A stretch of 64,000 nucleotides of DNA from an uncultured Trueperaceae bacterium (GTDB lineage: Bacteria > Deinococcota > Deinococci > Deinococcales > Trueperaceae): contig CAWFFU010000009.1 of the NCBI GenBank assembly GCA_963815215.1, positions 64,001-128,000 on the forward strand. Direction: 5' to 3'. A program made the translations under genes and the position numbers. This document shows, in pieces, positions 29,418 to 39,240 of the stretch; the first letter of the stretch is position 1; each line of letters begins with the position of its first letter. The notes beneath the pieces were generated by a model. That model was not told the origin of the DNA. It made no database searches and saw only the letters and a program-made list of their open reading frames with translations.

Positions 29418-31061
29418 ATGCGTAACCGAACGATCCTTCTCGCCGCCGCTCTCCTCGCGGCGCTCGTCACGACGAGTGCGCTGGCGCAGAGCTGCCCCGC
29501 TACCGGCGGCACCGCGACCATCGCGCAGTGGAGCGAGCCCGGCAACCTCAACCCGCTCATCTTCCCGACGACGTACGACACCAACGTCGAGGAGCTCGTG
29601 TTCGCGCGCCTCATCCGCCCGACCTCCACGCTGAGCTTCGAACCGGACATGGCCGAGAGCTGGACCGTGTCGCAGGACGGCCGGACCATCACCTTCAAGC
29701 TGCGCCCCGGCCTCACCTGGCAGGACGGGCAGCCGCTCACCGCGAAGGACGTCGCGTTCACCTTCACCTCGATGGCCGATCCCAAGTACGCGGGTGGCCA
29801 GTACGCGTCGATCGCGCCGCTCGAGGGCGCCAAGGCCTACCACGACGGCCAGGCCGCCACGGTTTCGGGCATCAAGGTGATCGATGACCGCACCATCTCG
29901 TTCACCACCACCGAGCCGTTCGCGCCGTTCCTTCCCGTCATCGGCGGCGTGTTCATCCTGCCCGAGCACATCTACGGCAAGATCCCGGTCCAGGACTGGC
30001 AGAAGGACCCCACCAACCACGCGCCGGTGGGCTCCGGCCCCTTCAAGTTCGACACCTACAAGCCGGGCGAGTACATCAAGGTCTCGGCGTTCGACGGCTA
30101 CTGGCAGGGACGCCCCTGCCTCGACAGCCTCATCGTGCGTTTCGGCGATCAGAACACCATGCTGGCCGCTCTCCTCAACGGTGAGCTGGACGCGGCGCCG
30201 GTGCCGATCGACGGGGCCCAGAGCGTGAAGGGCAAGGCGGGGTTGAAGCTCGACGTGGTGAGCACGTTGAACTTCCAGTACATCGGGACCAACCTGCGCA
30301 ACCCCATCCTGGCCGACCCGGCCGTGCGCCAGGCGATCGCCGAGGCGGTCAACCGCAAGGCCATGGTGCAGGGCCTGCTGAAGGGCTACGGCACCACGCT
30401 CGACACCATCTTCCCGGTCAACCACTGGGCCTACCCGAAGGACGTGCAGCCGATCCCCTACGACGTCGAGCAGGCCGCCAAGCTGCTCGAGGACGACGGC
30501 TGGAAGCTTCAGGGCGGCGTACGCGTCAAGGACGGACAGCCGCTCAAGCTGCGCCTGTTCGTGCCGACCGGGAACCAGGTGCGCGAGCGCACGGCCCCCA
30601 TCATCCAGGCCAACCTGCGGCAGATCGGCATCCAGGTCGACATCCAGACGATGGACTTCCCGACGCTGGTGACGCACCTGCTGCCCAAGGACGCGCAGGG
30701 AACGCCGCGCCCGGTCAACGCCACGGACTTCGACCTGTTCCTGCTCGGCTTCGGCATCGAGCGCGACCCCAACGAGTACCTCAGCTACCTCACGGCCGCC
30801 GACCAGCCGCCGAACGGCTACAACTTCATCGGGGTCAACGATCCCCAGGTCGAGAAGCTCATGAACGAGGGCAGGACCACCATGGACCAGGCCGCGCGGG
30901 CCAAGATCTACCAGCAGGTGGGCCGGCTCATGCGCGCCAACCTGGACTGGATCCCGCTCTACCAGGCGCAGGACCTGTACGGCGTGTCCGACAAGCTGCA
31001 CGGGTTCCAACCCGACATCCGCGGCGTGAACCCGAACGTGGCGCACTGGTACCTCCAGTAG
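29418..31061 (+). CDS. Family 5 (peptide/nickel) ABC substrate-binding protein
   Basis: Signal peptide; LRPGLTWQDGQPLTAKDVAFT, GSGPFKF, VRQAIAEAVNR. Confidence 0.93.
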   Translation: MRNRTILLAAALLAALVTTSALAQSCPATGGTATIAQWSEPGNLNPLIFPTTYDTNVEELVFARLIRPTSTLSFEPDMAESWTVSQDGRTITFKLRPGLTWQDGQPLTAKDVAFTFTSMADPKYAGGQYASIAPLEGAKAYHDGQAATVSGIKVIDDRTISFTTTEPFAPFLPVIGGVFILPEHIYGKIPVQDWQKDPTNHAPVGSGPFKFDTYKPGEYIKVSAFDGYWQGRPCLDSLIVRFGDQNTMLAALLNGELDAAPVPIDGAQSVKGKAGLKLDVVSTLNFQYIGTNLRNPILADPAVRQAIAEAVNRKAMVQGLLKGYGTTLDTIFPVNHWAYPKDVQPIPYDVEQAAKLLEDDGWKLQGGVRVKDGQPLKLRLFVPTGNQVRERTAPIIQANLRQIGIQVDIQTMDFPTLVTHLLPKDAQGTPRPVNATDFDLFLLGFGIERDPNEYLSYLTAADQPPNGYNFIGVNDPQVEKLMNEGRTTMDQAARAKIYQQVGRLMRANLDWIPLYQAQDLYGVSDKLHGFQPDIRGVNPNVAHWYLQ

Positions 31062-31086
31062 CGCGCCGACCGACGCCCTGACCTCC

Positions 31087-31118
31087 AGCACCCGTGCCGC
31101 CGCGGCGGCACGGGTGCT
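31087..31118. other. 32-bp perfect palindrome after the solute-binding protein gene
   Basis: AGCACCCGTGCCGCCGCGGCGGCACGGGTGCT. Confidence 0.7.
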
Positions 31119-31152
31119 CCCCACAAGCCCCCTCGCCCCCCGGGGTCCGACC

Positions 31153-32115
31153 ATGCTGCCGTACATCCTTAGGCGCCTCGCCCAGAGCCTGTTGATCCTG
31201 CTGCTGGTGTCGTTCGTCGGCTTCGCCATCACGCTGTCGGCGCCCGGCAACGCACTGCAGACCTTCATCGACCCGAACGTGTCGGTGACGGACCTGAGGG
31301 CCGCCGAGGCGCGCCTGGGGCTGGACCAGCCGGTGCCGGTGCAGTACCTGCACTGGATGGGTCAGGTGCTGTCCGGCAACCTCGGCTACTCCATCCGCAC
31401 CGGCAGGCCGGTGGGGGCGTTCGTCGCCAGCCGCCTGGGTCCCACCTTCACCCTGATGGGGACCGCCTTCGCCATCACGCTGGCGCTGGCGTTGTGGCTG
31501 GGCGTGCTCTCGGCGGCCCGGCCCTATTCGCTGCTGGATTACGGCGTCACCGGGGCCTCGTTCGCGGGGATCAGCGTCCCCAGCTTCTTCTCGGCCATGG
31601 TGCTCATCTACCTGTTCGCCCTGCGCCTCGGTTGGCTGCCCACCTCCGGGCTGCTCAGCTACGGCACGACCTACAGCGGCTGGGCGCTGGTGGCGGACCA
31701 CGTCCGCCACCTGGTGCTGCCGGTGGTGGTGCTCGTGCTCACCGGCACGGCCGAGCTGGTGCGCCACGTGCGCGGCGCCGTCATCGAGGCGCTGCAGCAG
31801 GACTACGTGCGCACCGCCAAGAGCAAGGGGCTGGCGTGGCGCGCGGTGCTCAACAAGCACGCCTTGCGCAACAGCCTCCTGCCCGTCATCACCCTGGTCG
31901 GGGTGGCGCTGCCGCGCCTGCTGGCGGGGTCGGTGGTGGTCGAGGTGGTGTTCGCATGGCCCGGCATGGGCCAGTTGCTGGTGCAGTCGGTCTTCGCCCG
32001 CGACTACCCGGTCGCGCTCGCCATCAACCTCATCGGCGCCGTCCTGGTGCTGCTCGGCAGCCTTCTCGCCGACGTCCTGTACGCGGTGGTGGACCCGCGG
32101 GTGCGCTACTCGTGA
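31153..32115 (+). CDS. Peptide ABC permease (DppB/OppB-like)
   Basis: LGLDQPVPVQY, QDYVRTAKSKGL, VFAWPGMG, DPRVRY. Confidence 0.93.
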   Translation: MLPYILRRLAQSLLILLLVSFVGFAITLSAPGNALQTFIDPNVSVTDLRAAEARLGLDQPVPVQYLHWMGQVLSGNLGYSIRTGRPVGAFVASRLGPTFTLMGTAFAITLALALWLGVLSAARPYSLLDYGVTGASFAGISVPSFFSAMVLIYLFALRLGWLPTSGLLSYGTTYSGWALVADHVRHLVLPVVVLVLTGTAELVRHVRGAVIEALQQDYVRTAKSKGLAWRAVLNKHALRNSLLPVITLVGVALPRLLAGSVVVEVVFAWPGMGQLLVQSVFARDYPVALAINLIGAVLVLLGSLLADVLYAVVDPRVRYS

Positions 32116-32152
32116 GCGGCGCGCGTCGCCGTCGTGCGTCGGGCGGACGGCC

Positions 32153-33055
32153 GTGAGCGCGGGCGCGGGCGTCCCGACGGCCGCCGCGGCGCAGGCGCGT
32201 CCGGCGCGGCGTGCCTGGAAGGCGTTCCGGCGCCATCGCCTGGCCGTGGCGGGCGCCGTCTTCGTCGTCCTGGTGCTGTTGGTCGCGGCCCTCGCGCCCT
32301 GGCTGGCGCCCCACGATCCCTACGAGCTGGCGACCGGCCCGAACGGCGAGATCGCCTTCACCGCGCCGCCCAGTCGCGTCTTCCCGCTCGGCACCGACAG
32401 CGTCGGGCGCGACGTGCTGTCGCGGCTCATCTTCGGCGGGCGCGTGAGCATCACCATCGGCCTGGTCTCCGCCCTCATCGCCATCAGCGTGGGGAGCGCG
32501 CTGGGCGCGGTCGCCGGGCACTTCGGCGGCTGGGTCGACAGCGCCGTGTCGCGCTTCGCCGACGCCGTCAGCGCCTTCCCGGCGTTGTTCCTCATCCTCA
32601 CGATCTCCAGCTTCGTGCCGCCGAGCATCTTCAACGTCATCGCCATCATCGGCCTGCTGAGCTGGATGCCGTCGTTCCGCCTGATGCGCGCCGAAGTGCT
32701 CCGACTGCGGTCCACCACCTTCGTGGAGGCCGCCAACGCACTGGGGGCGAACGACGTGCGGGTGATGGGCCGGCACCTGATCCCCAACGCCATCGGGCCC
32801 ATCGTGGTGCAGGCGACGCTGGGGGTGGCCGACGCCATCCTCACCGAATCGGCGCTGTCGTTCTTGGGGCTCGGCGTTCAGCCGCCGGTCGCGTCCTGGG
32901 GCAACATGCTGTCCGACGCCCGCAGCCTCACGGTGCTGCAGTCGCAGCCCTGGCTGTGGCTACCGCCCGGGGCGGCCATCTTCCTGACGGTCCTGAGCGT
33001 GAACTTCCTGGGCGACGGGTTGCGCGCCGCCATCAACCCGATGTCGCAACGATGA
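32153..33055 (+). CDS. Peptide ABC permease (DppC/OppC-like)
   Basis: LGTDSVGRDVLSR, FVEAANALGA, ESALSFLGLGVQPP..SWG. Confidence 0.93.
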   Translation: MSAGAGVPTAAAAQARPARRAWKAFRRHRLAVAGAVFVVLVLLVAALAPWLAPHDPYELATGPNGEIAFTAPPSRVFPLGTDSVGRDVLSRLIFGGRVSITIGLVSALIAISVGSALGAVAGHFGGWVDSAVSRFADAVSAFPALFLILTISSFVPPSIFNVIAIIGLLSWMPSFRLMRAEVLRLRSTTFVEAANALGANDVRVMGRHLIPNAIGPIVVQATLGVADAILTESALSFLGLGVQPPVASWGNMLSDARSLTVLQSQPWLWLPPGAAIFLTVLSVNFLGDGLRAAINPMSQR

Positions 33056-33654
33056 CGCGCCACTCCGCGCAGGAGCCCCGGCACTCCCGTGTGCCGGCAG
33101 CGCAGCCCCAGTTGGGTCAGCGCATCCGCGCGCTGCGGACCGCCCGCGGCTACACGCTGGCGCAGCTCGCCGCGCTGGCGGGCGTGTCCCCATCGTTCCT
33201 GTCGATGCTCGAGACCGGCAAGACGAGCGTGGCGGCGCCCCGGTTGCAGGCGATCGCGGCGGCCTTCCACCTGTCGGCCGCCGACCTGCTGCCGGACAGC
33301 GGCGCCCAGGCGCTCATCCAGACGGTCCGCGGCGATGACGCCCTGCAGCTCGAAGGCTTCGTGCCCGGCGTTCGCGCACGCATGCTCGCGCGCGACCTGT
33401 TCCGGCGCATCCAACCGGTGCTGCTCGAGCTCGAGCCGGGAGCGTCGCACGTCAACGAGGTGGGGCACGCGGGCGAGGAGTTCGTCTACATCCTGCGGGG
33501 CACGGTGGAGCTGGTGGTGGATCGCACGCAGGTCGCGACGCTGCGACCGGGCGACGGGGCCCACTACCCCAGCGCGCTCCCGCACGCCTACCGCAACGTC
33601 GGCTCCGTAGGCGCCGAGATCCTGACGGTCTCCACCCCGCCGAAGCCCGTCTGA
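33052..33654 (+). CDS. XRE-family HTH + cupin transcriptional regulator (PuuR-like)
   Basis: LGQRIRALRTARGYTLAQLAALAGVSPSFLSMLETG; cupin HAGEEFVYIL..PHAY. Confidence 0.88.
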   Translation: MTRHSAQEPRHSRVPAAQPQLGQRIRALRTARGYTLAQLAALAGVSPSFLSMLETGKTSVAAPRLQAIAAAFHLSAADLLPDSGAQALIQTVRGDDALQLEGFVPGVRARMLARDLFRRIQPVLLELEPGASHVNEVGHAGEEFVYILRGTVELVVDRTQVATLRPGDGAHYPSALPHAYRNVGSVGAEILTVSTPPKPV

Positions 33655-33664
33655 CGCCGCGGGC

Positions 33665-35149
33665 TCACGGCACCCAGGCTTCGGCCTCGATCTCGACCCG
33701 CTCGCCCGGGTCGGCCAGGCGCGCGCCCACGAGCGTGTTGGCGGGGAGCACCTGACCCATCCGGCGGCCGTGGACCCGTGCCACCGCCTCCACGTCCTCG
33801 TCGTGGGCCACGTAGACCCGCGTGCGCACGACGTGCTCGAGCGAGGCGCCCAGGCTGCGCAGCGTTCCCTCGATCTTGTCGAAGGCGAACTCGGCCTGCG
33901 AGGCGGCGTCGTCGCCGCCCAGCAGGCGCGCGCCGTGGCGCGCCGTGGTGCCGGAGACGAGGATCCGGGAGCCGACACGCACCGCGCGGGCGTAGCCGGC
34001 GTCCCGCTCCCAGGCCGTGCCGGTCTGCACCACCTGCCGGCCGTCGGGCAGCGTGCGCGTCTCGAACGGCGCCGGCAGCGTCTGCAGATGATCGCTCAGG
34101 TCGCCGGAGGCGGTGAGGAAGGGCGGTTTGCGGTACTCGTCGCCGCAATCGCCGGGTAGCGGGGCGAGCGCGGCGATGGCCGCCTCGAGTTCGCCGCGGT
34201 CCCGCGCGTCCAGGCTCAGGTCGAACAGGCGGACCGTGTCGTCGATGTGTTCGCGCTCGCCCAGCCGTGCGCCGACGATGACGCCGCCCACACCCGGCTC
34301 GTCGAGGACGAAGCGGGTCGCCACGTTGGCCAGCGACGTCCCGTGCCGCGCCGCCACCGCCGCGGCCGCGGCCAGCAGGTTCTGGTAGGCGTCCCAGCCG
34401 CCGGCGACCTCGACGAAGCGGCGGTACTTGTTGATCGACCAGGGGGTGCTCTCGCCCCACTCCGGCTCCGGCACGCCGAGCCAGCGCTCGGTGAGCAGGC
34501 CGCCGCTGAGCGTGCCATAGGCGAGCACGTGGACGCCGTGCTCGCGGCACCAGGCGGTCATGCCGTGGGCCGCCCGGCGGTCGAGCAGCGAGAAGCTCAC
34601 CTGGTTCGTCACGATGGGGATGCCGCTGGCGACCGCCAGGCGCAGGTGGGCGGTGTCCACGTTCGTCAGGCCCAGCTGCCCGATGAGGCCCTCCTGCCGG
34701 AGCTCGTCGAGGTAGCCGAGCGTGTCGAGCCAGACCGGGTCGTCGTAGGTCCAGGTGTGGAACTGCAGCAGCTCGAGCCGCTCGGTGCGCAGCCTCGTCA
34801 GCGAACGTTCGACCGCCTGCCGGGCCTCGGCCCGGGTCACCGGTCCCGGCTTCGGCACCCACTTGGTGAGCGTCTCCGCGGGCGCCGCCTCGCCCCGCGT
34901 CGCCCGGTAGTGTCCCGCGATGACCTCGGCGGAGCCGTAGTGGTCGGCCATGTCGAAGGTGGTCAGGCCCGACGCGACGTAGCGCTCCATGGCGGCGGCG
35001 CTGTGCTCGGGATCGAGCTCGCGGCCGCCGCGCTCCATGTCGGCGACCTGCCACAGCCCGGTCAGGACCCGGGCGATCGACAGGCCCGGCGCCAGCGTGA
35101 TGCGGGGCACGGCGTCCGGGGCGGGAGGGCGCAGGTCGGTATGGGGCAT
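33665..35149 (-). CDS. Aldo/keto reductase fused to a C-terminal Rid (YjgF/RidA) domain
   Basis: AKR tetrad FDMADHY / TKW / QFH; C-terminal GYARAVRVGSRILVSGTT..VVRTRVYV..VEIEAEA. Confidence 0.87.
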   Translation of the reverse strand: MPHTDLRPPAPDAVPRITLAPGLSIARVLTGLWQVADMERGGRELDPEHSAAAMERYVASGLTTFDMADHYGSAEVIAGHYRATRGEAAPAETLTKWVPKPGPVTRAEARQAVERSLTRLRTERLELLQFHTWTYDDPVWLDTLGYLDELRQEGLIGQLGLTNVDTAHLRLAVASGIPIVTNQVSFSLLDRRAAHGMTAWCREHGVHVLAYGTLSGGLLTERWLGVPEPEWGESTPWSINKYRRFVEVAGGWDAYQNLLAAAAAVAARHGTSLANVATRFVLDEPGVGGVIVGARLGEREHIDDTVRLFDLSLDARDRGELEAAIAALAPLPGDCGDEYRKPPFLTASGDLSDHLQTLPAPFETRTLPDGRQVVQTGTAWERDAGYARAVRVGSRILVSGTTARHGARLLGGDDAASQAEFAFDKIEGTLRSLGASLEHVVRTRVYVAHDEDVEAVARVHGRRMGQVLPANTLVGARLADPGERVEIEAEAWVP

Positions 35150-35337
35150 CGGATCCTTCCTGGCTGGAGCCGTCCCCGGGCGGGTTGGTGCGATCCGTTC
35201 CTGCCGCGGGCTGCGAGCGCGCGGCTCACCCGACCGGAGCTGGAGAGGACCCGAGCCGCCCACGAGTCTACCGTGCCCGACCGGACCGGGGCTCGCTCCC
35301 GCAGCTGCAGGACGGCGTGCCCCGCAGGCTTAAGAGG

Positions 35338-36129
35338 CTACCGGGTCAGCGCCCGCTCCGGCTCCGACGCGCCCAGGCCGCGCGAGATCTCGCCGGCCGC
35401 GCGCATCACGCGCTCGACGTGGCGCCGCTGCGTGGCCGGGGTGAGGCGCGCCAGCGGCCCCGCGATGCTCAGGGCCGCCACCACAGCTCCGGCGTGATCG
35501 CGGACGGGCGCAGCGATGGAGAAGGCGCCTTCGTCGAGGTCCTCGAGGGCCACATGGTAGCCGCTGGAGCGGATCTGCGCGAGCGTCCGGAGGACGGCGT
35601 CCGGGCGCGTCTCCGTGCGTGCCGTGAAGGCCTCGAGAGGACGCTCGAGGATCGCCTCCAAGATGTGGGACGGGGCGTGCGCCAGTAGCACCATGGACGA
35701 TCCGCCCGCGTGCAGGGGGCCTTCACGGCCGACCTCGGCGTACAGCCGTAGCGGCTGCTGGGATTCTTTGAGGGCCACCACCACCGACTTGGCGTTCTCA
35801 CGGACCACCAGGTGGACGTTCTCCCCGGTCTCGGATACCAGGCGCTCCATGGTGGCTTCCGCGACGGTCACCAGGCTCGATTGTGCGCGGGCGCGCTCTC
35901 CCAGGAACAGGCAGGTGGCCCCCAGGAAGTAGTTGCGTGTTGCCGGATCCTTGTGCACGAAGCCGCGGCGCTCCAGCGTATACAGCAGCCGGAAGATCTG
36001 GCTCTTGGTGCTCCCCGTCCTGGAGGCGATCTCGGATACGCCGGAGTTCGGGTTGTCGGCCAGGTAGCTCAGCAGGAACAGCCCCTTGTCCAGGGCCGCG
36101 ATCACATACGAAGGATGGTCATCGCTCAC
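35338..36129 (-). CDS. IclR family transcriptional regulator
   Basis: ALDKGLFLL, GVSEIASRTGSTKSQIFRLLYTL HTH; C-terminal SIAAPVRD..AALSIAGP. Confidence 0.92.
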   Translation of the reverse strand: MSDDHPSYVIAALDKGLFLLSYLADNPNSGVSEIASRTGSTKSQIFRLLYTLERRGFVHKDPATRNYFLGATCLFLGERARAQSSLVTVAEATMERLVSETGENVHLVVRENAKSVVVALKESQQPLRLYAEVGREGPLHAGGSSMVLLAHAPSHILEAILERPLEAFTARTETRPDAVLRTLAQIRSSGYHVALEDLDEGAFSIAAPVRDHAGAVVAALSIAGPLARLTPATQRRHVERVMRAAGEISRGLGASEPERALTR

Positions 36130-36399
36130 GTTCGTCGTCTCTCCCCATCTCGGTGTCGTGCCGAGGGCCTGCCGCGCCCCCCGGCGCGCGCGGGTCGAAG
36201 CGGCGCATCCAACGCCACGCTGGTCTCGGCGCAAGTCTTACCACGGTGGCGTCGTTCGACCGCCATGCGTAGCGCGACCGCGAGCCCGAGTGTGACCGTG
36301 GTGGACGCGCCATCTACCGTTGTAGTACCGCCGTGGTCGGCCCCCCGCCCGTGCCCGTACAGGGCAGAGACGGGTTTCGACTCGCGGCCGCGGAACAAA

Positions 36400-36479
36400 T
36401 TGACACTGGCGCCGCACCTCCTGTAGACTCCGCCATATCCATTTTGCCGATAGCGAAACATCGTTTTGCTACTCAAAAC
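36400..36479 (+). promoter_or_regulatory. Promoter TTGACA-18-TAGACT followed by candidate IclR operator
   Basis: -35 at 36400-36405, -10 at 36424-36429; GAAACATCGTTTTGCTACTCAAAAC at 36455-36479. Confidence 0.65.
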
Positions 36480-36628
36480 GCGACCGCAGCACGGAAGGGA
36501 GAGCGAACGCCACCAGACCTATCGGCATTGCACGTGGCCCCGTTCCCGTCGGCCCCACACATTGGCGCACCCCCCGCTCCTCGGTCCGAACCCCTGGAGC
36601 TGCGCCGTTCCCCGCCCCAGGAGGCACC

Positions 36629-38218
36629 ATGAGAAGACAGCTGCTCCGGCTCCTCGTCGCCGGCCTCGCCTTCCTCGCGCTCGGCGCTACGTTCGCGCAG
36701 AGCCAAGCCTACGATCCGAACGCGGTCATCAACATGGCGACCAACGCCGACCCGACGTTCAACCCCTGGTACCCGGGCGTCGGCATCGAGTCGGACCTGA
36801 TCAACTCGATGATCTTCGAGGGGTTGACGCGCTGGGACGGTAACGCCCTCCCGTCGCCGGCCCTGGCCACGAAGTGGTCGGTGTCCCAGGACGGTCTGAC
36901 CTGGACGTTCGATCTACGCCCGAACGTGACGTGGCAGGACGGCAAGCCGTTCACGGCCGACGACGTCGCCTTCACGTTCAACAAGATCGTCTTGAACGAG
37001 GCCCTCGGGGCGAACAACGCGAACATCTACACGCCCGTAGACCACGTGGAAGTGGTCAACCCGCTGCAGGTCAAGTTCATCCTGAAGTCGCCCTTCTCGA
37101 GCCTGCCGGCCTACCTCGCGTACTACGAGGGCATCCTTCCGAAGCACATCTTCGAAGGCGTGGCCGACCCGTTCAAGTTGAGCTCCTTCAACAAGGAGCA
37201 CCCCGTCGGCACCGGCCCCTTCATGGTTGAGAAGTATGTGTCCGGCGCGTATGTCCGGCTCGTGCGCAACCCCAACTACTGGGGCGGCAAGCCAAAGCTG
37301 GCGGGCGCGGTGTTCAAGGTCGTTCCTGAGCCCGATGCCCAGGTCGCCCAGATGCTCTCCGGTGGGCTCGACCTCATCCGCGTCGAGAACCCCACGCTGC
37401 TGACCCGCCTGAAGAACCAGCCCGGCCTCTCGCTCGACCAGCAGTCGGAGAACGTCTACTTCTTCGTGATCCTGCACCAGACCGACCCGCGCTTCCAGGA
37501 CGTCCGCGTGCGCCAGGCGCTGCTCTACGCCATCGACCGCAAGGCCATCGTGCAGTCGGTCCTGAAGGGCTACGGCGAGGTGGCGACGGGCCCGATCGCC
37601 CCGGTCCAGAAGGCGTACTACGATCCCAACGTGAAGCAGTACCCCTACGATCCAGCGCAGGCCAAGAAGCTGTTGGCGGAGGCCGGTTACACGCCCGGTG
37701 CCGACGGCACCCTGCAGAAGGACGGCAAGCCGCTCGAGATCACCATCGACCAGGGCCAGTTCGGTCAGCTCGTGCCGATCGCGCTGCTGGTGCAGCAGTA
37801 CTGGCAAGACATCGGCGTCAAGGTGAAGATGAACATCATGGACTGGAACTCGTACTTGACCAAGACGTACGTCAAGCGCGACTACGAGGCCACGGTGTGC
37901 TGGTGGCGGACGCCGACCACGCCCGACGTCTCCCCGTACTACCTGTCGTCGGCGGCCGGCCAGGGCAACAACTGGCCCGACTACAAGAGCCCCGAACTCG
38001 ACAAGCTGCTGAACGCCGAGCTCGCGGCGACCAGCCAGGAGGCGAAGGTCGCGACGACGAAGAAGATCCAGGAGTTCGTCGCCGAACAGCTTCCCTACCT
38101 CTACCTCTACTACCCGCAGACGGTCGTCGTGCGTAAGTCCAACCTGCAGGGCCTGCTGAAGATCAACCTGCCGGCGGCCTTCCAGCACACCGAAGACTGG
38201 TACGTCGCGAAGAAGTAG
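36629..38218 (+). CDS. Family 5 (peptide) ABC substrate-binding protein
   Basis: Signal peptide; LRPNVTWQDGKPFTADDVAFT, GTGPFM, VRQALLYAIDR. Confidence 0.93.
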   Translation: MRRQLLRLLVAGLAFLALGATFAQSQAYDPNAVINMATNADPTFNPWYPGVGIESDLINSMIFEGLTRWDGNALPSPALATKWSVSQDGLTWTFDLRPNVTWQDGKPFTADDVAFTFNKIVLNEALGANNANIYTPVDHVEVVNPLQVKFILKSPFSSLPAYLAYYEGILPKHIFEGVADPFKLSSFNKEHPVGTGPFMVEKYVSGAYVRLVRNPNYWGGKPKLAGAVFKVVPEPDAQVAQMLSGGLDLIRVENPTLLTRLKNQPGLSLDQQSENVYFFVILHQTDPRFQDVRVRQALLYAIDRKAIVQSVLKGYGEVATGPIAPVQKAYYDPNVKQYPYDPAQAKKLLAEAGYTPGADGTLQKDGKPLEITIDQGQFGQLVPIALLVQQYWQDIGVKVKMNIMDWNSYLTKTYVKRDYEATVCWWRTPTTPDVSPYYLSSAAGQGNNWPDYKSPELDKLLNAELAATSQEAKVATTKKIQEFVAEQLPYLYLYYPQTVVVRKSNLQGLLKINLPAAFQHTEDWYVAKK

Positions 38219-38230
38219 TCCTCGCGAAGC

Positions 38231-38259
38231 TGTGGGCGGGAGCCGCGCTCCCGCCCACA
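38231..38259. other. 13-bp stem-loop after the solute-binding protein gene
   Basis: TGTGGGCGGGAGC-cgc-GCTCCCGCCCACA. Confidence 0.68.
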
Positions 38260-38295
38260 CGCCTATCTTGATCAGGCAGGGACAGGGATCCGATC

Positions 38296-39240
38296 ATGCT
38301 GCCTAGAATTCTCCGACGGTTGGGCCAGGGGCTCTTCGTTCTCTTCCTGGTGACGATCTTCACCTTCATCCTGGTTCATCTCGCTCCCGGCGGTCCGTCG
38401 ACGGTCATGAGGATGGGCTCCACGGCCGCGGAGCGCGAGGCGCTCCGGCACTCGCTCGGCCTGGATCGCCCACTCCCCGTGCAGTACCTCACCTGGATCG
38501 GCGGCGTGGTGCGGGGCGACTTCGGGGCCTCTCTGACGGGCGGTGAGGCCGTCGGACCGTTGATCGCGCAGAGGCTCTGGAACACCGTCAAGCTGGGCGC
38601 GGCCGTGTTCGTGCTCATCGTCGTGTTCGGAACGCTGTTCGGCGTGCTGGCCGCGCTGCGGCGCAACAGCTGGCTGGACTTCCTGGTCAACTTGCTGTCG
38701 ACGCTGGGAATGTCGGTCCCCGACTTCTGGCTCGGCATCATGGCGATCCTGCTGTTCGCCGTGGAGCTCCACTGGTTCCCGGCGTCGAGCACCATCGACG
38801 CGAGCTCGACCGGCGTGCTCGAGCTGATCCCCTATCTCGTGTTGCCCGTCACGGTGCTCACCTTCGCGGTCATCCCCAACATCGTGCGCTACGCCCGAGC
38901 CGCCATGCTCGAGGCGATGGGCGCCGACTACGTCCGCACGGCGCGGAGCAAGGGCCTGCGCCAGACCACCGTGGTCATGAAGCACGCGTTCAAGAACGCG
39001 CTCATCTCGGTCGTCTCCATGTTGGGCATGCTCCTGCCGGTGCTGCTGAGTGGCGCCGTCATCACCGAGAGCGTGTTCGGCTGGCCGGGCATCGGGCGGC
39101 TGGCGGTGGAGGCGGCGATGAACCGCAACTACCCCGTCATCATGGGCGTGACAGTAGTTGCCGGTGCCATCGTGATCGTCACCAACATCGTGGTGGACAC
39201 CGTCTACATCCTCATCGACCCGAGGATCGCGCATGGCTGA
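38296..39240 (+). CDS. Peptide ABC permease (DppB-like)
   Basis: LGLDRPLPVQY, ADYVRTARSKGL, ESVFGWPGIG. Confidence 0.93.
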   Translation: MLPRILRRLGQGLFVLFLVTIFTFILVHLAPGGPSTVMRMGSTAAEREALRHSLGLDRPLPVQYLTWIGGVVRGDFGASLTGGEAVGPLIAQRLWNTVKLGAAVFVLIVVFGTLFGVLAALRRNSWLDFLVNLLSTLGMSVPDFWLGIMAILLFAVELHWFPASSTIDASSTGVLELIPYLVLPVTVLTFAVIPNIVRYARAAMLEAMGADYVRTARSKGLRQTTVVMKHAFKNALISVVSMLGMLLPVLLSGAVITESVFGWPGIGRLAVEAAMNRNYPVIMGVTVVAGAIVIVTNIVVDTVYILIDPRIAHG

